NCBI RefSeq assembly: GCF_006345805.1
Contig: NC_043024.1
Span: 13,392,001 to 13,456,000 of the forward strand
DNA length: 64,000 bases
DNA from: Octopus sinensis
Taxonomy: Eukaryota
Direction of reading: 5' to 3'
The notes below the pieces were generated by a model, which worked only from the letters and a program-made list of their open reading frames with translations, made no database searches and was not told where the DNA came from. A program made the position numbers and the translations under genes. Below, one piece after another: positions 55,703-64,000 of this stretch. Positions within the stretch are counted from its first letter, which is position 1. Every line of letters begins with the position of its first letter.

Positions 55703-55876
55703 GTAGCAGTGGTGGTTGTGGTAGTAGTAATAATATAGTAGTAGTTGAAGTAGTAGTAGTAGGAGTCGTTGTCCTTGTCATTATTCTTGTTGTTGCGGTG
55801 GTTGTAGTTGTTGTGGTAGTTCTGATGGTAATGATATACGTGTTGAAGTGCCATCTGCTGTAGTGATATTCTTCTT

Positions 55877-55907
<31 letters not shown>

Positions 55908-55932
55908 TTATTATTATTATTATTATTATTAT

Positions 55933-55977
<45 letters not shown>

Positions 55978-55990
55978 TAGTAGTAGTATT
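55570..55990. repeat. Compound (TAG)/(CTT)/(TTA) array
   Basis: Seen directly. Confidence 0.9.
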
Positions 55991-56382
55991 TAAGACGTCG
56001 CACAGTATCCCATATCGTGATGTTGTGGATTGACGATATTTTGTCTACCTTGTTGTGCTGTTTGTCAAGTCACAACAAGGACCTCAGACAGACAGTACTT
56101 TATGCAATATGGATGCAGTTCCAAATAATGCCGACTTTTGCAATACACCTAGATTGTAGGGTATTTCTAAGGTTTTCAGATGTTTTTTTCAGATTAGGTC
56201 GTATTGAAGACAATGCTCCGATGACAATAGGGATAACCTTTATGCTCGACCCTCGTAGCAGACATATCTTAGCGATCCCATTTCTCAGGTTTCCATATTA
56301 TCAACTTTTTCGTTTTCTTTCATAAGATGTTGATCTCCTGGTACTGCCACGTCAATTATGAGACAATCTTGTTTGTCCTTCC
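55991..56382 (-). mobile_element. R4/Dong-like 3' end (RLE domain plus 3' UTR) abutting a trinucleotide array
   Basis: DCLIIDVAVPGDQ..KVIPIVIGAL..LQKSALFGTASILHKVLSV* (stop 56084-56086), with frameshifts. Confidence 0.85.
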
Positions 56383-56810
56383 TAAAGGTTACTCTATCCG
56401 ACCCTTAGTGCTCTAAGTCCCAGAACGTAGCGACAGATCATGGGAAATAGCTTTGTCATGATTGGTTTATTTCAAAAGAATTTGTGAAATCCCCACCCGC
56501 CATGTTTGTTCAAATTATTTATTAAGGATGGTTTTACATGCTGTACGAATCCGTTATCAATATGTAGGTAAGCAATTTCAAACAAAGTTATGAAAACGAA
56601 CACTGAAATAGCTGCGCCGATTTTCTTATTCGATTGTTGAAGTCCTTAACGTTATTACACAATAATGTTTTGATGGTAACTGCGTTGGAAAACATTTCAT
56701 AGTAAACAACCCCTAAAATGTTAAACTGAGATAATGTTTTGTAATGTAATTTCTAGACGCCACTGATAATGCCATTGTTCCTTTTAAACGTATTTTTATA
56801 TATCACGATA

Positions 56811-57227
56811 TACTCGTTCTCTATTTTACTCTTTTACTTGTTTCAGTCATTTGACTGCGGCCATGCTGGAGCACCGCCTTTTTTAATCGAGCAACTCGAC
56901 CCCGGGACTTATTCTTTTGTAAGCCCAGTACTTATTCTATCGGTCTCTTTTGCCGAACCGCTAAGTGACGGGGACGTAAACACACCAGCATCGGTTGTCA
57001 AGCGATGCTAGGGGGACAAAAAGACACACAAACACACCCACGCATATATACATATACATATATACGACGGGCTTCTTTCAGTTTCCGTCTACCAAATCCA
57101 CTCACAAAGCTTTGGTCGGCCCGAGGCTATAGTAGAAGACACTTGCCCAAGGTGCCACGCAGTGGGACTGAACCCGGAACCATGTGGTTGGTTAGCAAGC
57201 TACTTACCACACAGCCACTCCTACGCC
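56811..57227 (-). mobile_element. Full-length SINE B
   Basis: Closely matches the 49.6 kb and 60.1 kb copies. Confidence 0.92.
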
Positions 57228-60071
57228 TATATGCTGAAAAAAAAAGAAGGAAAACAATAGAAATAAATGCTTTAAAGATTTCGATATTTTGGTGAGATTT
57301 GTGACGGAGTTAATCGATTTGCTAGCTGCCTCAGCTCAGCATAAAGGAGAAATTAATTTAGTTTGAAACGAAGTTGATTTAGTTTAAATTGGTTTCCTCA
57401 ATGGCGGAGTTTGAGTCGTTGTCAACTTCTTGACTGTTTTGATTAATGAGTAAGTGAAAACAGGTCATTCTCAGATGTGGAAAAACTTCAAGCTTCGTTT
57501 TCTGCATTTACATGATTTCGACTGTGTCGGTAGATTTGTACATTTTTCACCGATTCCTCATTGCGACTAAATAAACGTTAATATGGAAATAACAAGTTTG
57601 ACATTCAAATTTTGATTTACCAAATGTTTTGAGGATAAACTCATTATAGTTCAACAGGATTTGAAAGTAAGTTTCGAGTACTTTCCTAGGGAAGGAGAAA
57701 AGACATTGAGAATGGAGAAGATCTAAGAATATCAAATATACCCTAAAACAAAGTTTTAAACTTTAAAACTGATTTCTAGAAGTTCAAAGGGGAACGTGGT
57801 AAAGTGGTTTTCTTCGAGACTCGAGCAGTTGATGGAGATAAAGAAAAGACTACAGTGTACGATATATCTTGTTGAAGGAGGCTTCAGTGATGTAGAATTA
57901 GAAGCGTTTTACTCGCAGCATTTGAGATAACTTGAAATGCAACCAGCCGACTTCACAGTGACCTCTATTTTAGAAGGAAATGTTCATCAGATGTAAGGCG
58001 TATTTAAAAACAATGGAATGTGAAATTATACAAGCAAAAATGAATGACAATTCTGAGAGTGGACATCTTAGCCAGCGGAAAAGAATTCCCTTGAAATTTG
58101 TACAACAACAATTCCATCAACGTTGATACATATTTGGAACTTTGTTCTCGATAATAAATATTAACGTATAACAGAGAATGTGTACTGACTGCACAGAATA
58201 CAAATTTACTCGATACATCGCCTCAATTATGGAAATGTTTAATTGAATTTAATAAATCAAAAAAACCATTTAAAACTCTCTTTTCTTTGTCACCTAAAAT
58301 CATTTAACCGCAACTGAGGATACACCTCTCTTATTTTCGACATCACCAGATTCATCTAGTTTGCTTTTTTGTGTTGCTAACCTGGTGATGTTTGGTTGAG
58401 GTACCATGAAATACCAGGTAAGTTTGTGCTTATTGTTTTCACAAACTACTTTCTAATTTCAAGGTGACATCTTTAGTCGCAAATGAAAGAAAATGCTATT
58501 TAAAGAAAAACTATTCTAGCAGCTGAAGTTAAAACATTTTACATCAGGAATCTTATTTTGATTCTTGTCAGGACATTTTCGTTTAGCAATAGCAAGTTAT
58601 AGTATTTCACAAACCATTGTTGATCATAGGAAATCAGTATTCGATGGGATATATATTTTTTTTATTACACTTTTTTAGCTGTTGGTATATATTTTATCAA
58701 AATATATATGACGAAAATAAATCGTTCGACTATAAGCATTTATCTTCCAATTAATACAAAAGTACGTGTTGGCGGCGCTCCAATAAAAAGACTATAAAAT
58801 AGAAATAAATTTTCGATACGCCGGTATAAAAAGGTTTGCCATCATACTATAAGTTTATTTAAGCATAACGATTTAGATGTTCGATGTGCTTGAGTTTTAA
58901 TATCAGTTTACACGATATGTGTGACATCCATCAACTTTCTCTCGCTAGAGGAGAGACAGTAATGGTGGATCGTTAAATATCAGGTAGCAGTTTAAGACGA
59001 TGCTTAAAAATACTGCTTACTACTTTAACAATTCTCACTAAAACCCATTATATATACTTATTGATTATAGTAAATCGATTATTACTGCAGCAATTGAATT
59101 AGATCTTGAACAAATAATGACTAGACCTAAAACAGCGTCAGTAGTAGAAAAAACAAAATGGCTGTAGTGATGAAGAAGAAGTCAATCGCGGTTAACTGGT
59201 AGTTAATAGACGCATTATCAAAAGTGTGTCAACACGGTCGTTCGACCTGCTAGATACAGTAAACGAAATAACCCTCAAATTGCAGCCTGGCTCTTTAAGA
59301 TACGCTACGCTGGACATTGTGATAATTGCTTCTCTGCACAAAAGGAGAAAAAGACATGATGGTCAGAGGTGAGTTGTCTTTTTATCTTAGATCTGACCAG
59401 CAGAGCCGATGAAAAGAGCATCGAATGTAAATGCCGGAGTAAACATGGAAACTAGTGTGCAATCTTAACACGCAAAATTTACTGGTATACTTCACTCAAA
59501 TTATATTTTATTGATCTGGATTGTCCTTCGATTTTTAATATCGGAAACATAAGATGGGGTCGTAAGGGTTGATTGCTTATAATCAGAGGTCTCTTCTATT
59601 TGGGGAACATAAAACAGCAACAAAAAGTAACAAATATTATTGCGTAGCTTCACGAGGTTAATACTCCTGTGAAGTAATTGCCCATAAAATAAACAAATAA
59701 ATAAATAAATAAAAAATAAAAGCTGATAGTATTGGATAAACACTCATTCACTCTACAAAAGTTACAAAAAGAGCAATACCCACTATCTTTAGAAGTAAAT
59801 AGCCATTCAATATTCAATACATTAAAGTAGATACGTAAATCTTACCGCTAGAGTTAACAAACGCCACCTATCTTTCCTTAAAGAACACAACGTTGATCCA
59901 TGCTATTGACCAGACATATACAACACGAAGTAGCTATACACTATTTGATATCAAGCGGTAATTCGGACAAAATTTGCAAGATGTCGTGACACTCCAATGA
60001 GACAAAGTAAAGCTTTGGCACTCTTTTTCAAATTATATATCATTAAACATTTCGAACAACTATACATATTT

Positions 60072-60239
60072 CTTTTACTCTTTTACTTGCTTCAGTCATT
60101 TGACTGCGGCCATGCTGGAGCACCGCTTTTAGTCGAGCAATTCGACCCCGGGACTTATTCTTTGTAAGCCCAGTACTTATTCTATCGGTCTCTTTTGCCG
60201 AACCGCTAAGTTGTCAAGCAATGCTAGGGGGACAAACAT

Positions 60240-60299
<60 letters not shown>

Positions 60300-60461
60300 G
60301 ACAGGCTTCTTTCAGTTTCCGTCTACCAAATCCACTCACAAGGCATTGGTCGGCCCGGGGCTATAGCAGAAGACACTTGCCCAAGATGCCACGCAGTGGG
60401 ACAGAACCCGGAACCATGTGGTTGGTTAACAAGCTACTTACCACACAGCCACTCCTGCGCC
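60072..60461 (-). mobile_element. SINE B with a small internal deletion and a likely 9-bp TSD
   Basis: Flanks tacatattt / tatatattt. Confidence 0.9.
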
Positions 60462-60900
60462 TATATATTTACAAATCAAACATGTTTTTCTATATTCAAC
60501 GCGTGCGGAAACATGTTAAATCTCTTTGTTATTCATTCATTAAATGTTAGATAATTACTGGTTTTGGATAAAATACAAAACAGTTTGTCTGACTAGTAAA
60601 CAACGTTCTCGAGTACTAAGACATTTTTGCCCAACGGTTTACATTGCTGTTATTAATAGCATTATCTACTTCAAATATTGCAGTTATAAACGATTTAGTT
60701 CTCTGTCTCTGTTTCTCTCTCTCTCACTCTCTGCTGTTCTCCCAACGATACAGTTTTCACACAACACCAGAAAAATTCTGGGTAATTACACTTAGGAGAC
60801 GATGAAAAACATTGCCAGCAGTTGGGTATGGAAATCGAACCTTGTACCCGTCATATACGCGGTAACTGCTCTTGATTTCCCTCTATTTAACCATCTGACA

Positions 60901-60950
60901 TCATCTCTGATGAAGGGACACCCATAATATCCCAGAAACAGCTGCAAAAC
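60901..60950 (+). ncRNA. Degenerate hammerhead-like motif
   Basis: CUGAUGA-A-GGGA..UCCC-A-GAAAC-AGCU-GCA; no stem I partner seen. Confidence 0.3.
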
Positions 60951-61035
60951 TATAACTATATCTTTTTACTTATAAATGTCCTGAAAACTCCTCACAGCCT
61001 TGGGTTCGTTATCTCATTTTGTCTAATATGACTTT

Positions 61036-61160
61036 GCCTTTCATCCTTTCGGGGTCGATAAATAAAAGTACCAGTTTCGCACTGGGGTCGATGTAATCGA
61101 CTTAATCCCTTTGTCTGTCCTTGTTCGTCCTCTCTATGTTTAGCCACTTGTGGGCAATAA
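61036..61160 (+). mobile_element. 5'-truncated SINE A
   Basis: tttgcctttcatcctttcggggtcgata...tttagccacttgtgggcaataaag. Confidence 0.85.
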
Positions 61161-61599
61161 AGATATATATATATATATATATTCTTTATTCTTTTATTGT
61201 TTTATATGTTTCGGACCTAAGACCGTGGCAATGCTGAGGCACTGCGAGGAGAAAGTAAGATCACGTTCGCTACAGAGTCTTTGGTTTACGTTAAAGAAAT
61301 CGAATAGAGGATTCGGGATTAACTGTGCAAGATGAACAGGCCCGACCTGTATAAATATTAATACACTGAATCGTACACTTCCTAATGAGAAAAGAGAGAA
61401 TACGTACGTGTAATGTGTATGTATATATCTATATAATTGCTATTCCTATACAAAGATGCTCTAGACAGTCATATCGGACAGCTATGCCATCCGCGGATTA
61501 TACAGACATACAGAGTAACCCATCAGCTAAATATATTCTTTTTATTACATCTCATCATAAAAATAAAACACACAGACACATACATACATATATAAATAG

Positions 61600-61693
61600 G
61601 TAGGTAGATAGATAGATAAATAGAGAGATAGAGATAGATGGATAGATTGATAGATAGATAGATAGGAATAGAGAGATAGAGAGATAGAAAGAT

Positions 61694-61763
<70 letters not shown>

Positions 61764-61832
61764 GAGATAGAGATAGATGGATAGATTGATAGATAGATAG
61801 ATAGGAATAGAGAGATAGAGAGATAGAAAGAT

Positions 61833-61921
<89 letters not shown>

Positions 61922-61980
61922 GACAGAGATAGAGATACATAAACAGATACATCGATCGCTCGATAGATAGATAAGTACTC
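61600..61980. repeat. (GATA)n array with a duplicated ~140-bp variant block
   Basis: agagagatagagatagatggatagattg...ggaatag...gaaagatagaaag occurs twice. Confidence 0.9.
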
Positions 61981-62699
61981 ATACTCAATCACACACACAC
62001 ACACAAATACACACACACACACATTCAGATAACACACACTCACAAACACACATACTTATATACTTAGCACATATTACGAAGATACGATATACACATCTAG
62101 GTAAATGAAAAAAGACTTGAAGCTAAATAGATTTCTTAATATCGAAATGCCATATTGTCTGGGCTTTATTTATCACAATCAACGTCTATTCCCCGTTCAA
62201 GATCTGACAAAGTGTTGAAGTGTTTCTGTCATCCAATGAAATTGTTATCGTTTCATGATTTATATATTTCTAAAGATGGAGGAAGTAGAAAAATCGCTAG
62301 ACAGGCTTCTGGGTGATATTTGTTCCTTCTCTCTCAAATTTGAGTTTAGAAAAGGGTTGCTCTCAGGGTCGTGTCCCCTACTTCTCTGCATCGACAGGTC
62401 ACAGCCTCGGTAATACTGATATCCAATTAGAATGTTGCATGGAATAATCGTCAGTACGAATATGTCAAGACGAGGCAACAGGCAGAAGTCCATGGGGTAA
62501 AACAAGGAGAAGTTGGTTGGGCGATATCCATAGTTTCGGATGGTGAACTTGAAAATCCAGCCGGAAAAATATGACTTTTGCTTCTAAAAGGCTTCCATAG
62601 AAGAGTTGCTTGTAGGCTTTCCCCCTGATAGATTGAGGTCTAAGAAGATTGACTACCATGTAAGAGGGACGCCAGCTTCCTAACCACATACTCACGCAT

Positions 62700-62758
<59 letters not shown>

Positions 62759-62779
62759 ACAATATATATATATATATGT

Positions 62780-62810
<31 letters not shown>

Positions 62811-62812
62811 GT

Positions 62813-62858
<46 letters not shown>

Positions 62859-64000
62859 TGTATGTACGTATGTATGTATGCATGTATGTATATATGTATA
62901 AAATATAATTAAGATTCAGTTGAATTCGGTACTTAAACTAAGGCACCTTGTTAGGTCTGAGTAACGTGCATACTCCAAAATATTAAGTAAATATCAGACT
63001 TGGTGCATAAGTGCCGGTCACATGATATTCTTGCCGCGTCTGCAGATAATAAGAACCAGCTGAGTGAAGGAATCCGCACTTGGGTCTTATATTTGTTGGA
63101 TATATAATTCTATTAACACAGGAAAAGAGCTAAATATTTTTTCCTGAGATAGTTTATTAGACGGTCCATGGAACGTCATTCCTTGAAAATAGTTTCAAAA
63201 CCGCTATCGTAGCTCGATGTATACTTATGCAATTTTGCAGAAATTATTCACCAAATAAAGTTTACTGAAAAAAAAAGATGCAGTTTCCCTGGACCGATCA
63301 AAACTTAACTAATTACATTTAAAGTAAATCAAAATTACATTTTACCTACATTCATACAGGTATATATGAATGTATATACATATAGAGATTCTCCATTATT
63401 ATGGATTACAGTGAATGTATTCTATATAAGTGTATAACATTGTGTACTATTAAGTTGTGCAACGAAATTGACATTCAGAAACTTTTTCTCACTTAGAGTA
63501 CAGAGAATTATATCCATATATTCAATGATCTTCTTTATCATTCTTATGAAAATATAGCCACATACACACACGCAGATATATATATATATATATATAATGG
63601 TGTAAAATTATATATATATAGGCACACGATCACACTCACATATAACACATATTTACATGTTTATGTATCACTATACGTATTGAAAAATAATGTGTAAATA
63701 TACATATATATATATAGGTGTACACATACATACACAGATATATATTATATAAAGGCGTATGTAATTTTTTTGTGTTTACATTAATAATCATAACATCCGA
63801 ATATTATGTGTTTGACAGAAATATTCAGGAGTAAAAAAAAAAAAGAAAAAAGGGAAACACAAAACAGGAATAAGTAGCAAGATTGTGAGAAAGCCAAAAT
63901 ATGGAGAATATAATTTATTTCGTGTTGCTGTACAATACAATAAATTTGGAACGAACTTCTTGGCATATTCCACAATAAAAGGATGCGTCTAGAAATGGAA

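Noticed and set aside
57440-58250. Purine-rich unique block possibly from a LINE ORF1 (CTDC..-like)
   Set aside because: Too degenerate to assign by eye
49515-60550. Recurrent ORFs 'RRASFSFRLPNP..WSARGYSRRHLPK..' (49515-49880, 57005-57295, 60221-60550)
   Set aside because: Antisense translation of SINE B copies, not a gene family
62100-62690. Unique block possibly from a LINE ORF2
   Set aside because: No diagnostic endonuclease or RT motif could be read

Overview
AT-rich, microsatellite-saturated eukaryotic DNA, most likely an octopus (inference from the tRNA-derived SINE families and repeat landscape). There is one 100-N scaffold gap at 44283-44382. I could not confidently identify any host protein-coding gene. 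Nearly all ORFs in the track are translations of microsatellites or transposon debris, and only a few weak candidate exons remain. The window is a catalogue of mobile elements: two abundant tRNA-SINE families (called A and B here) plus minor ones, R4/Dong-like retrotransposon remnants next to trinucleotide microsatellites, two mariner remnants with fold-back inversions, a probable Chapaev-type transposase remnant, two non-autonomous Helitrons, a hAT MITE with its TSD, and two palindromic elements. The most interesting signals are (i) several unrelated small elements carrying minimal hammerhead-ribozyme-like motifs, two of them with inverted arms, resembling Penelope-like or retrozyme-like elements, and (ii) SINE A multimers that share an identical palindromic junction at independent loci. 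All alignments and pairings were done by eye.
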